Source of the DNA: a virus
Taxonomy: Duplodnaviria; Caudoviricetes
Length of the DNA: 64,000 bases
Strand: one strand, 5' to 3'
Virus record (IMG/VR): IMGVR_UViG_3300035520_001075
Location: 93,484 to 157,483 of that record
Below, in pieces: positions 50,597-62,320 of this stretch. Within the stretch, counting starts at the first letter, position 1; the number at the start of each line of letters is the position of its first letter. A program made the position numbers and the translations under genes. The notes below the pieces were generated by a model. That model was given only the letters and a program-made list of their open reading frames with translations. It was not told the origin of the DNA and made no database searches.

Positions 50597-51235
50597 ATGC
50601 AGAATAAAATTCCATTTAGAACATCAACGCCAATCCTACAGAAGTTAGCATATAACGATTGTGTCTATGCTTGGTTATTAGTTCATTCCTATGAGGATAA
50701 AAATGAATTCCATAGCTATATCTATAAGGATTCTTTTACTTTCAAACAGATAGGAATAGACATCCACAGACATAAGAATACTGTAGCCAGACGTTTTAAA
50801 GAACTCTGTGCCGACGGCATTATACAAGAGACAAAAGTTTTTGGAAAGACAGCATATTTACTTCACTATTCTAATCCTTTCCAGTATTTACATGGTCAAA
50901 CAGTAATTAAACTATTGAATTTGCCACTAAAAGACCAAAAAGAAGAACTAATTAAAACATTAGCATACCTACTTGAAAAGAAACATTAGAAAGAAAAAGA
51001 AAATGTTAGTGATTTTACTGTTTCTTCTAAAGAAATTCTTGAAGAGTTTGGACATTCTTTAGGTAATAAGCAATCTTATGAAAGAATTCGTTTAAATTTA
51101 ACAGTACTCCAAGGAGCAGGAATTATTAAATTCAAGACTATTAATTATAACGATTAGCAAGGAATGCCGCCGCTTATGTATGTCTACTATATTGCAGACG
51201 AAGGACGAGCATCAGATGAATGGCTTGGAAAATAA
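50597..51235 (+). CDS. Tandem wHTH, replication-initiator-like protein, 212 aa; TAG at 50987 and 51155
   Basis: The readthrough part (FGHSLGNKQSYERI..LQGAGIIKF) aligns with paralog 48910 (FGHTKGNKQVYDRY..LQKAGLVKF). Confidence 0.75.
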
Positions 51236-51319
51236 GAGGACTTCCGCTGTCCTCTTTCTAAGCTTACTTGCGGCAGAAGGATTTCCAATTTTAGGGCTTA
51301 GTAATTCTATGGCTGATTT

Positions 51320-51562
51320 GACAGCTCACATAGTACTTGACAATGCTACATGAGCACCGCTAAGCTCAGAGCTTATTTCTATAGATTAGCGGCCGCATGG
51401 GACAGCTTAGACACAGCTTCCTAAGCTCACACAGTACTTGACAATTTCACAGCTGATTTGGCAGCTCACACGGAACTTGACAAATTTCACAGGGCGCCGT
51501 CCAGCTCACACGAAACTTGACAAATTTTACAGGGCGCCGTCCAGCTCACACAGCTTGACAGC
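51320..51562 (+). repeat. Five copies of AGCTCACA-N3-6-CTTGACA
   Basis: Direct repeats near 51323, 51423, 51463, 51502 and 51542. Confidence 0.7.
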
Positions 51563-52411
51563 TCCAATGAGTCGCCGCATTTGTGAACAGATTGTGAACG
51601 GTTCGGCACGAACAACTTATGAACATTCTATGAATTTTCTATGAATTTTCTATGAATTTTCTATGAATTTTTTATTAATAAATTATGAATAGACTATGAA
51701 CTTTATGAACAAATTGTTGATAATTTATTGATAATTTATTAACGAACTAAAGAAATTCTGCTACGGAAATTTGGATAAATTCTAAAGTTTGTGAACGCCT
51801 TGACATATATGTCTATTTTGTGAACGGGTCGGCAGTAGCATTTCCCCTATTGCCTATAGGAATAGTAGGAATTAAATTATGTCGATTTTGTGAACTAATA
51901 GGCAGTACTATTCCCCTATTACCTATAGGAATAGTAGGAATTAAAATACTGAATACCTATAGACTTAATAGGAATTAAAATACTGAATACCTATAGGAAT
52001 AGTAGGAATAGTAGGAATTAAATTGTTGCGATTTTGTGAACTGGACGGCAGCGGCACAATACCTACTAAGTCGATAGGTTTACTTCTTTCAACCGTCAAA
52101 TTGCACAAAAAACTACTGAAAAAGTTGAAGTTTTTCTACTTGACATTTTGGCGGAAATATGGTATAATATATATAGTGAGAGGGAGAGAGAACGACTCAC
52201 TCCCCTTGCAAGTACCGTTTCGGAACGGTTGCAACTTTACAAGAACTTTACAAGAACTTACAAAGGTTTTACAAAAGTTTTACTTAGATTTAGTTGACAA
52301 AAGTTCGGAAATATGGTATAATATATATAGTGAGAGGGAGAGAGAACGACTCAACCACTTACTGAATACACCTATTTTTAACGCCCTTAGTGGCAGAAAG
52401 TGAGATTTTTT

Positions 52412-52861
52412 ATGACAAACTTCAACTACTCAATGACTGAAAAGGCTATGACTATGACTAAAATCAAAGCACTTGCAAAAGCGGATGCTATCACCACAAC
52501 TATGGACTTACTCAAAGCGACTTTCGGAGAAAACAACGTTGCTATAGTCCGCACTGGAGCAAGCAGTCAAGTCAATGAGATTGCCGTTAAAGTCGGCACT
52601 GTGGAAGATGAAGACGGCTTCCCTTATGACCTTTGCATGACCTTAAACCCACAGATAAAGGACTTCAAAGAAAGAAAGACTGCGACAAAAACTTTTGAAC
52701 CGTTCGACTTTGAAGAGAGCAAGGCGGAGTATGAGAGATACATAAGTGAAAAAGCGGAGAAGGCGGAAAAAGCAAAAGAGGCAAAAGCAAAAAAAATTGC
52801 AAGTGATGAAAAAGCAAGAGCAAAAAAAGCCCTTGACGAAGCCAAAAATAAGGGAGAGTAA
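52412..52861 (+). CDS. Hypothetical protein, close paralog of 60211
   Basis: SSQVNEI.VK..TV..DGF.YDLCMTLNPQIKDF shared. Confidence 0.75.
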   Translation: MTNFNYSMTEKAMTMTKIKALAKADAITTTMDLLKATFGENNVAIVRTGASSQVNEIAVKVGTVEDEDGFPYDLCMTLNPQIKDFKERKTATKTFEPFDFEESKAEYERYISEKAEKAEKAKEAKAKKIASDEKARAKKALDEAKNKGE

Positions 52862-52979
52862 AACCTCCCTCCCCTTAAGGGGAATTTAACTACTCAAAAG
52901 TCGATAATAAATTTTAGGAAAATTTTACATTAATGTAAATTTGAGTCCCTAAAATACAATAGTAAAGGATAAGTAAAAA

Positions 52980-53708
52980 ATGAAAAATTTTATTGTTTTA
53001 GATGTTGAAGGATATAGCACTTGCAAACCGTATGATATAGGCTATATCATTACTAACAAAAAAGGCGAAATACTGGGAGAAAAAAGCCTTGCAATTATGC
53101 CAGCAATTCAAGAGAATATTATAACTATGTGCAAGTACCACGACACGGAAGCACTCAAAGCCGCCAACGAAATGGCACACAAAAACATTACGGAAATTTT
53201 ACAAGACACTAACAACAAGTATGAGAAAATCTATAGTATAGATGAAGTATTTAAAATCCTTGTAAATTCTATCATAGAATATAATATATCTGAAATATGG
53301 GCGTATAATAGTGCATTTGATAAATCGGCTATACATAGACTTTTTTCAGACGAACAAAACGCAACGCTTGACAAACTAATCACATTTTATGATATAATCC
53401 CAGCAATTTTACATACAAGACTACTAACTAAAAAATATGTAAAGTTCTGTATAAAAAATGGGTATTTAACAGAAAAAGGCAATATTCAGACAAAAGCAGA
53501 AACAGTTTATAAATACCTATTTAACAATTTAGACTTTGTTGAAGCACATACTGGACTTGAAGATTGCAAAATTGAAGCAAAGATTTTACAAAAAGCAATG
53601 GCACGTAAAAAAGAGGTAAACACAGAACCTTGCCAAGCATGGAAAATTTTACGTCAATTTTGCGAAACAAACGATATAGATTTACCTACTTCTTACACAA
53701 AAGAATAA
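52980..53708 (+). CDS. DEDDh 3'-5' exonuclease
   Basis: VLDVE, WAYNSAFD, HTGLED. Confidence 0.8.
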   Translation: MKNFIVLDVEGYSTCKPYDIGYIITNKKGEILGEKSLAIMPAIQENIITMCKYHDTEALKAANEMAHKNITEILQDTNNKYEKIYSIDEVFKILVNSIIEYNISEIWAYNSAFDKSAIHRLFSDEQNATLDKLITFYDIIPAILHTRLLTKKYVKFCIKNGYLTEKGNIQTKAETVYKYLFNNLDFVEAHTGLEDCKIEAKILQKAMARKKEVNTEPCQAWKILRQFCETNDIDLPTSYTKE

Positions 53709-54717
53709 AATTATTCACAGAATCGGAGATGAAATTCATCTCTGGTTCTTTTTTTAACTACAGAATCTTAACAGTTTGGACATATTTGCCGCCGAGCAAT
53801 TATTACGAAATTGTAAACGGTTCGGCGCTGCTCCGCCGCCTACTAAACCTATCGACTTACTGGGTATTGAGTGGAATTATTACGATTTTGTGAACTGATG
53901 GGCACGGTAAAATCCTTATTGCCTATCGGATTAGTGGGTATTAAAGTCCTCAATACCTATAGGATTAGTAGGAATTGAGATGTTGCGAAAGTGTGAACTG
54001 GTGGGCAGTACTCAATACCTACTACTCCCATAGGTTTAATTATTACGAAATTGTAAACTACTGGGCGGCGACTTAATACCCAGTAGACCTATAGGAATTA
54101 ATCCCCACCTACTAACTTGGTAGGAATTGAATTATTACGAAATTGTAAACTACTGGGCGGCTTAATTTCTACAATACCTATCGGAGTAGTGGGTGTTAAA
54201 ACCTACTGCGGTAGTAGGAATTAAAGCATACCTATTAACTTGGTAGGAATTAAAATATTACAGAAGTGTGAACTGGTCGGCGGCTTAATACCTACTTACT
54301 CAATAGGAATTAACGCCTACTATAATAATAGGAATTAAAGTCTATTGCAATAGTAGGAATTAAAACCTACTAACTCAATAGGAATTAAAATATTACGAAA
54401 GTGTAAACGAGTCGGCACTCTCAATACCTACTACTTCTATAGGAATTAAGGGTTAAATTGTTGCGAAAGTGTGAACTGGTGGGCACTCTTAATACCTACT
54501 AAACCTATAGACTTACTTGGTATTGACCCATTAAATTTAATAGAATGTTTACAAAAATTTCATTGACTTTTATCTGCGAATGTGGTATAATATATATAGT
54601 GGAAGGGAGAAAGAACAAAGACAATATTCAAAAAATGTTTACAAAATATCCCTTGACAATTGCCACAAAATGTGGTATAATAATAGTATAATAAAATTAG
54701 AAAGTTGGTAATTTAAA

Positions 54718-55200
54718 ATGAGTATTAAAGTTTACTTTGATTTGGACGGCACTATATTTGACCTTTACGGTAAGGAAGATTGGTTAGATTATATTAAGTT
54801 GGAAATTTCGGGATTGTTTGCTACTGGTGATTTTTTAGAAGAAATTGATAAACCAAAATTTGACGAAACTATTAATAAACTTTTAAATATCGGTGTAGAA
54901 TTTGCCGTTATAACTTGGCTACCTATGCAAGCAAGCAATGAATACGAAACAGTTTGTTCACAAGAAAAAATTAATTGGGTAAAAGAGAATTTACCATTTG
55001 TTAATGAAATATCTTGTTTATCTTATGGAATTCCTAAACAAAATGCAATAAAAAAACGTTGCCAAAAAATGTATTTAATAGATGATAATTCAGATGTTTG
55101 TAATACTTGGGCAACAAATAGTCAAAGAATAGCAATAAATGTTGACTCAGATTTTACAGTTGTAAATGCTTTGGAAACAATTTTAAAAGAAAATTCATAA
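54718..55200 (+). CDS. HAD-family 5'-nucleotidase-like protein
   Basis: FDLDGT, K..W, LIDD. Confidence 0.7.
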   Translation: MSIKVYFDLDGTIFDLYGKEDWLDYIKLEISGLFATGDFLEEIDKPKFDETINKLLNIGVEFAVITWLPMQASNEYETVCSQEKINWVKENLPFVNEISCLSYGIPKQNAIKKRCQKMYLIDDNSDVCNTWATNSQRIAINVDSDFTVVNALETILKENS

Positions 55201-55802
55201 AAGAAATCCCCTAAAATGGGGATTTTTTATTTATTAAAATTCTATGAACTGGTCGGCACAGCAGGAAATTATTAAGAAAGTGTGAATGAATGGGCACTTC
55301 TCAATGCCTACTAAGTTGATAGGTTTACTTCTCACTATATCGGGTGAGTTGAAAATTATTACGATTTTATGAACTGGTGGGCAGCGGCGACTCAATGCCT
55401 ACTAAGTCGATAGGTTTACTTCTTTCAACAGTCAATATGCACAAAAAAGAGTTGTAAATGTTGAAAATTTTTTGCTTGACATTTTAGTTAAAATGTGATA
55501 TAATATATATAGTGGGAGGGAGATATAAGAGATTTACTTACTACTACTAATCAGATAGCAACTAAAAATTTTACATAGAACTTACAAAAGTTTTACTTAG
55601 ATTTAGTTGACAAAAGATTGAAAATATGGTATAATATAAGAGTAGTAAGGGAGACAACAAAAACCTCTTACAGAAAACTTTAACAAAAAGTTCATAAAAT
55701 AACTCTTGACAAAAGATTGAAAATATGGTATAATATAAGAGTAGTCAAGAGGGATTACAAAAAATAATGTAAAGCCTTAACGGCAGAAAGTGAGTATTTA
55801 TT

Positions 55803-56384
55803 ATGACAAAATTAGAATTAATGGAAAGACTTCTTAATGGTAATGATTTTACAGAAACTATTACAGATACAGCAAAAAATGCAGTAGTAAGACTTTCAAA
55901 GGAAAGAATTGATAAAAGAGATGAACACGACGAACTTGTTAAAAAGATACATAATGAAACAAAAACTTATGAAGAACTCTTAAAAGAGAGTACATATAGC
56001 AAAAGATTTTATAAAGAGGAAATTAAGACTTTCTATGAATTAATTGAAAATACTTTAAAAAATAGTGATTATGATTATTTTATAGACTCAAAAGATTCAA
56101 AAAAATTTAATGTAAAAGTAGCAGATGGAAACGGTATTGATACTTCAGATGTTATTTGTTCGGTTAAAGTTTCAACTCGCCAGTATTTAAGTTATGCCAC
56201 TTATAAGGAATATGAAAATTATCTTGAAGGTGCAACAAACAATTATAAAATAGCAAAAAAAATTAATGAGATGGAATTAAAAATTTCACAAATTAGTAAA
56301 AAAATTAATGATTCTGAGTCTTTAGTAAAAAAACTTGACAAAATAGATTCATTATTAGATAATCTTTCAGAAATACTTGATTAA
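55803..56384 (+). CDS. Hypothetical coiled-coil protein, distant member of the 52412 family
   Basis: Upstream GCC..GGCAGAAAGTGAG leader shared with 52412; VKV...G...DV...VKVS. Confidence 0.65.
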   Translation: MTKLELMERLLNGNDFTETITDTAKNAVVRLSKERIDKRDEHDELVKKIHNETKTYEELLKESTYSKRFYKEEIKTFYELIENTLKNSDYDYFIDSKDSKKFNVKVADGNGIDTSDVICSVKVSTRQYLSYATYKEYENYLEGATNNYKIAKKINEMELKISQISKKINDSESLVKKLDKIDSLLDNLSEILD

Positions 56385-56689
56385 TAAAATCTTAATAAAC
56401 CCCTAATATGGGGTTTATTTTTTTACCTTAAAAATATTACGAAATCGTGAACTCTTCGGCACTTCAAAAATATTACGAAATTGTGAACTTTGCGGCACTC
56501 CTTAATACCTACTAACTCACTGGGTATTGAGCAGGAAGAAAAATATTACGAAATTGTGAACTAATGGGCACTACTTAATTCCTACTACTTTACTATGAAT
56601 TGAGATGTGTCTAATTTATGAACTTGGCGGCAACTCAATACCTACTCTTTTAATAGGTATTGAAATAAAAGGAGAAATGAAATTTCTCC

Positions 56690-57052
56690 TTAATAAAGAA
56701 TTTTTACTGTATCCATTATTTTGTCATAACATATTAATCTTGCTGGCATATATGAGCGCATATCATTATATATTGAAGGACTACTTTGTATATAAACTTT
56801 ATAATTGCCACAATTAAATATAACAAGTTCAGTAAGGCTATGTTTTAATTCATTTATTGTTATAGGATTATAAGTGCTTAGTTCATTATTTGATAATAAA
56901 TAAACTGATTTCGTTAATGGATTAATTAAAATTATATTTAAATTTTCTGTACCTGACATATTGCTAATAGGCACATCAGTCATGGTTTCATTTGTTTGAT
57001 GTCTCATGATTTCTTTTGTAGACACTTTACTTATTAATTCTTTTACCGTCAT
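56690..57052 (-). CDS. Hypothetical protein
   Basis: GGAGG RBS, promoter and terminator. Confidence 0.65.
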   Translation of the reverse strand: MTVKELISKVSTKEIMRHQTNETMTDVPISNMSGTENLNIILINPLTKSVYLLSNNELSTYNPITINELKHSLTELVIFNCGNYKVYIQSSPSIYNDMRSYMPARLICYDKIMDTVKILY

Positions 57053-57271
57053 ATTTTATGACCTCCTTTATTTACTATATATATTATATCATATTTTTAG
57101 TGTTTTGTCAATAGGAAATTGAAATTTTAATTGTAAATATTCTGTGAACTCGGCGGCACTTCAAAATATATGTCCATTTTGTGAATGTCGGGGCGGTCTT
57201 AATTCCTACTAAACCTATAGGAATTGAGCAGGAAATTATTATAAAATTATTGCTAAAAAATAAAGAGTCCC

Positions 57272-57448
57272 TTAATGGAACTCTTTAAGAAAGTTAACAA
57301 AGTCGTGCAAAATTGTGAATAAATTCCAAGTGGCAAAATTCTGATATGTTTCGGAAAATACCTGATTGTGTAAATTCACGTCAACTACACTTGCAATTAT
57401 CCATACAATAAATAAGATACTGATTAAGCAAGGGATTACTTTTTTCAT
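57272..57448 (-). CDS. Small membrane protein
   Basis: AAGGAG RBS; N-terminal TM. Confidence 0.6.
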   Translation of the reverse strand: MKKVIPCLISILFIVWIIASVVDVNLHNQVFSETYQNFATWNLFTILHDFVNFLKEFH

Positions 57449-57665
57449 TTTATCTACTCCTTTTCTTTTACTATATATATTATACCACACTTTTTGATTT
57501 TTGTCAACCCTTTTTGAGAATTTTATTTGTAAATATTTAATGAACTCGTCGGCACAGTATATAAAATTATGTCGATTTTGTGAACTGGTTGGCGGCGACT
57601 CAATACCTACTCTTTTGATAGGAATTAAAATAAGGGCGAAATTTCGCCCTTATTTTTCTTTTGTT

Positions 57666-58010
57666 TTATTTACTCTCTTTATAATTTATCATGTTTCCAT
57701 CTGTTTTAATGGTGTGCCCATTTTCGCATTGATAAAAATATTTATCACCATCATATCTCTCATGTGTTATACTAACTAATTCAAAATTTGTTCCACATTG
57801 TGCACAAGTACCACCATTATAATTTTCTATGTCTTTATCGTTATTCATTTTAACAAGAGCCGTAAAACCAAAACCAATTAAAAGACTTAGTACTACTACA
57901 ATCGGCAAGCGAAAATACCATTTTGTAATTGTTCGAGTAATTAACATACTAATAAAACCACCCAAAACAATACTACAAAGAATACCACAAATCACATAAA
58001 AAGTTATCAT
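57666..58010 (-). CDS. 2-TM protein with C-terminal Zn ribbon
   Basis: Two TM segments; CAQC...CENGH. Confidence 0.65.
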   Translation of the reverse strand: MITFYVICGILCSIVLGGFISMLITRTITKWYFRLPIVVVLSLLIGFGFTALVKMNNDKDIENYNGGTCAQCGTNFELVSITHERYDGDKYFYQCENGHTIKTDGNMINYKESK

Positions 58011-58214
58011 ACTAACAACCACCTTTCTTTTACTATATATATTATATCATATTTTAAGCAATTTGTCAATAGGAAATTGAAATTTTAATTGTAAATATTT
58101 AATGAACTATCGGGCACTGATGATTAATTATTACGATTTTATGAACTAAGCGGCGGCGACTCAATACCTACTCTTTTGATAGGAATTAGAAAGAATAAAG
58201 GCGAAATTTCGCCT

Positions 58215-58658
58215 TTATTCTTCTTTTATCAAAACTTGTTCTAAACCGCCTTTAGCCATAACTTGATATTGTATACCTTCTGTTTGTGGAAATTCAACAA
58301 CGCATATATATTGTCTTAAAGTATTATCAAAACAAATTTTATGCATTAAATAATAATTATTATTAATTTTTATATATGCATTTTTCTGATTATATGCGAC
58401 TTTTTCCATATAAATTATTTTATTCATTGGCGGAACAGTTATATTATTAAGTCTTGCATATGCAATTGCAATTCCTATTTTATTATCAAATTTATCGTCG
58501 GGGTGTTTTTTTGCTATGCCCATTTTAAAGTCATTTTTTCTTGTTATAATAATAGCATTTCTTATATAACCAATCACAATATTATTTTTTTCTTTTTGCT
58601 TACAAGCTTTATTATACATTATGTTAACCCATGATTCAAAGTCTATATATTTTTTCAT
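58215..58658 (-). CDS. Hypothetical phage protein
   Basis: G.AK.HP.D.FD..IG..IAYAR motif. Confidence 0.7.
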   Translation of the reverse strand: MKKYIDFESWVNIMYNKACKQKEKNNIVIGYIRNAIIITRKNDFKMGIAKKHPDDKFDNKIGIAIAYARLNNITVPPMNKIIYMEKVAYNQKNAYIKINNNYYLMHKICFDNTLRQYICVVEFPQTEGIQYQVMAKGGLEQVLIKEE

Positions 58659-58932
58659 TATTTACTCCTATCTTCAACACTAAGTAGTTGACAACTTCTT
58701 TATTTCCTTTACTGTAATTATATTATACCATATTTTGCCGTAAATGTCAATAGGTTTAAGAAAATTATTTTGTAAACATTTTGTGAATAACTCGGCACTT
58801 CAATACCTACTAAACCTATAGGAATTGAGCAGGAAATTATTACAATTCTGTGAACTCAACGGCACCTCTCAATTCCTACTATTTTACTATGCATTAAGAT
58901 GAATAGTAAAGGCGGAAAATATCCGCCTTAAT

Positions 58933-59103
58933 TTAATCCCATTTACTCAACTGTATAAACTTTGAATCTGTTTTGCATATCGGGCAATACATATCTTTCA
59001 AGTGTCCTACTTTTGTCTGATGACTTGTTTTCTTATATGCAACTGTTAAGAAATTGCAAGTAATACATTTAAAGCGTCTTTCGGTGTACTTCTGTTTTCT
59101 CAT
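58933..59103 (-). CDS. Zn-ribbon protein with L33-like spacing
   Basis: CITC-x23-CPIC. Confidence 0.55.
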   Translation of the reverse strand: MRKQKYTERRFKCITCNFLTVAYKKTSHQTKVGHLKDMYCPICKTDSKFIQLSKWD

Positions 59104-59303
59104 TAATTTTTTCCCTCTTTTCTTGTAATTAAATGTACTACTGAAATTACAGCAAATACAAGCCAAACATAACGGAGTTTTATAGTAAAGCCAAAACACC
59201 AAGCCGCAAGTTTAACTAAAATATAAGCAAGTCCAAACTGTAAGGCTACGGCAAGAACAATAGTGATAACAATAATAGCAATAGTAAGAATAGTTTTTTT
59301 CAT
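59103..59303 (-). CDS. Small 2-TM protein
   Basis: AAAGGA RBS; hydrophobic. Confidence 0.6.
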   Translation of the reverse strand: MKKTILTIAIIVITIVLAVALQFGLAYILVKLAAWCFGFTIKLRYVWLVFAVISVVHLITRKEGKN

Positions 59304-59611
59304 AATAATCATTTCCTTTTCTATGTTTTTTAGGGTTTATCATCTCCCTTACTGTACTTATATTATACCACATTTTCGGTTATTTGTCAATAGGAAAATG
59401 AAATTTTAATTGTAAACATTCTGTGAATCGTTGGGCATTTTTAAAATATTACGATTTTATGAACTCAACGGCACTTCTCAATACCTACTAAACCTATAGG
59501 AATTGAGCAAGTAAATATGTCCAATTTGTAAACTGACGGGCGGCGACTCAATACCTACTCTTTTAATAGGAATTGAGATGAAATTAAAGGGCGGAATTTT
59601 CCGCCCCTCTT

Positions 59612-59815
59612 TTAGTCGTTGAGTTCTTCTTTATAGTATGTAATCAGTTCGTCCATTTTTGCAATTGTTTTTTCGGCTTCTTTGCAAGCGGCTTCGCCTT
59701 CTGCGATACAGTCTTTCATTTCTTTTTCAAGTTTAACATAACCGTCATTAAGTGCTTTGATTTCGGCTTTGAATTCTGCGAATTCTCTTTTGAGTTCTTC
59801 AACTGTTCTATCCAT
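59612..59815 (-). CDS. Coiled-coil hypothetical protein
   Basis: AAAGGA RBS before MDRTVEE. Confidence 0.6.
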   Translation of the reverse strand: MDRTVEELKREFAEFKAEIKALNDGYVKLEKEMKDCIAEGEAACKEAEKTIAKMDELITYYKEELND

Positions 59816-60210
59816 AGTATTTCCTTTTCTATGTTTTAAAGAGTTTATCATCTCTCTTACTGTAATTATATTATACCATATTTTACCGTAAATGTCAATA
59901 GGAAATTGAAATTTTCTTTGTAAACATTTTATTAACGCAACGGCACGGAATTAACCTTAATACCTATAGACTTACTGGGTATTAAGCAGGAACAAATATT
60001 ACGATTTTGTGAACTCTTCGGCACTCTCAATACCTACTAAGTCGATAGGAATAGTTATTAAGAAATTATTAACCAGACGGCACATTAAATGAAAATATGT
60101 CTAAACTGTGAACTAAGGGGGGCGGCACTGGCGTTCACAATTTTTTAATAATTTCGTAATAATTTCTTAATAAAAAGTGTGAGGGGAAAATCCCCTCACA
60201 TATTAATAAC

Positions 60211-60645
60211 TTATGAATTTTCTTCGGATTCTTTATTTCTTCTTGCTGTGTCTTTTGCTATTTTCTTTTCTTTTAATTCTTTTTTTGTTTTCTCTTTGTT
60301 CTTTTTATCTTCAACATATCTTAAATATTCGGACTTACTTTCCTCAAAGTCAAACGCTGAAAATGTTTTTGTTTTTGTCTGTCTGTCTTCAAAATCCTTA
60401 ATCTGTGGGTTTAAAGTCATGCACAAATCATACTCAAAACCATCTTTGTTGACTGTTGAAATTTTAACACCAATTTCGTTAACCTGACTACTTGAACCAG
60501 TGCGAACCATTGCAACGTTTTCAGTTCCAAAGATTTCGCCTAAAACTTCAATTAAGCCGTTAACCATTTCGTTTTTTGCACTTGTCTTAATTTTTGTTGC
60601 TGTCATTTCCTTTGTGCAGTCAAAGTTCTTTGTAAAGTTCATCAT
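60211..60645 (-). CDS. Hypothetical protein, close paralog of 52412
   Basis: Shared YDLCMTLNPQIKDF and FDFEESK.EY.RY. Confidence 0.75.
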   Translation of the reverse strand: MMNFTKNFDCTKEMTATKIKTSAKNEMVNGLIEVLGEIFGTENVAMVRTGSSSQVNEIGVKISTVNKDGFEYDLCMTLNPQIKDFEDRQTKTKTFSAFDFEESKSEYLRYVEDKKNKEKTKKELKEKKIAKDTARRNKESEENS

Positions 60646-61167
60646 AGTATTTCTCCAATTCTCCAACACTTTGTAGTTGGCAACAATTCTTTTTGATATT
60701 CTGTAAGGTCTTTCCCCTTACTACTCTTATATTATACCACATTTACTTAAAAAAGTCAATTAACTTGGATTTAACTTTTTATTAAGTTTTTGTGAATTTC
60801 AGTTTGAAAAAAGAACTTTAGAATTTTTTCGTTCGGGACTTTGTACAGTCTCCGTTCGGTTTATTCTCTTTCCTTTCCCTTACTGTAATTATATTATACC
60901 ATATAATAAGAAAAAAGTCAAGAGTTTTAAGCAACAAAATCTATCAACTTTTTACCGTTGTTTTTGTGCAATTTGCACAAGCGGCGACCCTTAAATATTA
61001 CGATTCTGTGAATAGGCGGGCGGCTTAGTCTTGTGCAAATTGCACAAAATAACGGAATTTTCAACATAAAACTTTGTGCAAAATGACTATTGACAAATGA
61101 GTAAGAATATGGTATAATAGTATTGTACTTAAGGGAGTACAGAATAAACTACAAAGGACTTGAAAAG

Positions 61168-61836
61168 ATGAAAAAAATCATAATACTTGACGTTGAGGGA
61201 AACTCTACAGTAAGACCGTATAACATCGGTTATTTAATAGCAACTACTAAAGGCGAAATAATCGACAAAAAATCATTTGCCTTTACTGCGTGCATTTTTG
61301 AAAATTTACAGAATTGCCTACACGCTGAAGAAATGACACACAAAAACATAGAGGAAATTCTCAAAGATGAAAATGAACAAAAATATAATAAAATATCAAT
61401 TGAAGATTTCAAAAAGATATTTATTAATGACTTAATTATGAATGATATTAAAGAAATATGGGCGTATAATTGCAATTTTGATAAAAGAGCATTACAAAGA
61501 CTATTATTAGAAGATTATTCACTAATAGAACATAAAGCGACATTTTATGACATATGGAGTGCAATAGTTTATACACGACTAATTAATAAAAAATATATAA
61601 AATTTTGTAGAAAAAATAATTTCATAAGTCAAGCAGGAAATTGTATGACTAATGCACAAACTGTGTACAATTATTTAAAAAATAGTGTAGATTTTGTTGA
61701 GGAACATACGGCTTTGAATGATTGTTTAATAGAATATGAAATTTATTTAGCCGCAAAAAGAACAAAAAAGAAAATGGTTCAAAAAGGTGCCCCGTGGAAT
61801 GCAATAAAACAATTTTGCGAAACAAATAATTTATAA
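61168..61836 (+). CDS. DEDDh 3'-5' exonuclease, paralog of 52980
   Basis: ILDVE, WAYNCNFD, HTALND. Confidence 0.8.
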   Translation: MKKIIILDVEGNSTVRPYNIGYLIATTKGEIIDKKSFAFTACIFENLQNCLHAEEMTHKNIEEILKDENEQKYNKISIEDFKKIFINDLIMNDIKEIWAYNCNFDKRALQRLLLEDYSLIEHKATFYDIWSAIVYTRLINKKYIKFCRKNNFISQAGNCMTNAQTVYNYLKNSVDFVEEHTALNDCLIEYEIYLAAKRTKKKMVQKGAPWNAIKQFCETNNL

Positions 61837-62104
61837 TTTTAACAAGCCGTTCATAATTTGAACGGTTTAATTTGTTATGATTTTGTTAATGAGTCGGCAC
61901 GATTTAAATATTACGATTTTGTGAACTGATGGGCACTCCTCAATACCTACTAAACCTACTATATTACTATGCTTTGCGGCGCAGAATTATTAAGATAGTG
62001 TGAACTGATGGGCACCTTAATTCCTACTATTTTACTATGAATTAAATAGGGGTGGTATTAGATTTATGAATAAGAAATTAATTGTTGGGCACTTAAGAAA
62101 AAAA

Positions 62105-62320
62105 AGAGGGGTGGAATATTTTAGGCGGTCAAGCATTTTATATAGGGGTTGATTATTTTTAAGAGGGGTATCAATATTTATAAGGGGTATCAATATTTAT
62201 AAGGGGTCGATTATTTTAAGAGGGGTATCAATCTTTAAAGAGGGGTTAAAAAATAAGGGGTATTAAAATTTTAAGAGGGGTATCAATATTCTTAAGAGGG
62301 GTACTAAAAATAGGGGTCAA
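62105..62320 (+). repeat. Second G4-run repeat block (AAGAGGGGTATCAA-like)
   Basis: About 11 AGGGG motifs at ~19-20 nt spacing. Confidence 0.75.

Noticed and set aside
5653-51235. TAG-broken genes as pseudogenes or sequencing errors
   Set aside because: All breaks are TAG with no frameshifts, one falls on a conserved Gln, and a CTA tRNA is present.
51438-52403. Track ORFs 51438-51644 and 52023-52403
   Set aside because: Made of repeats and tandem promoters; no RBS.
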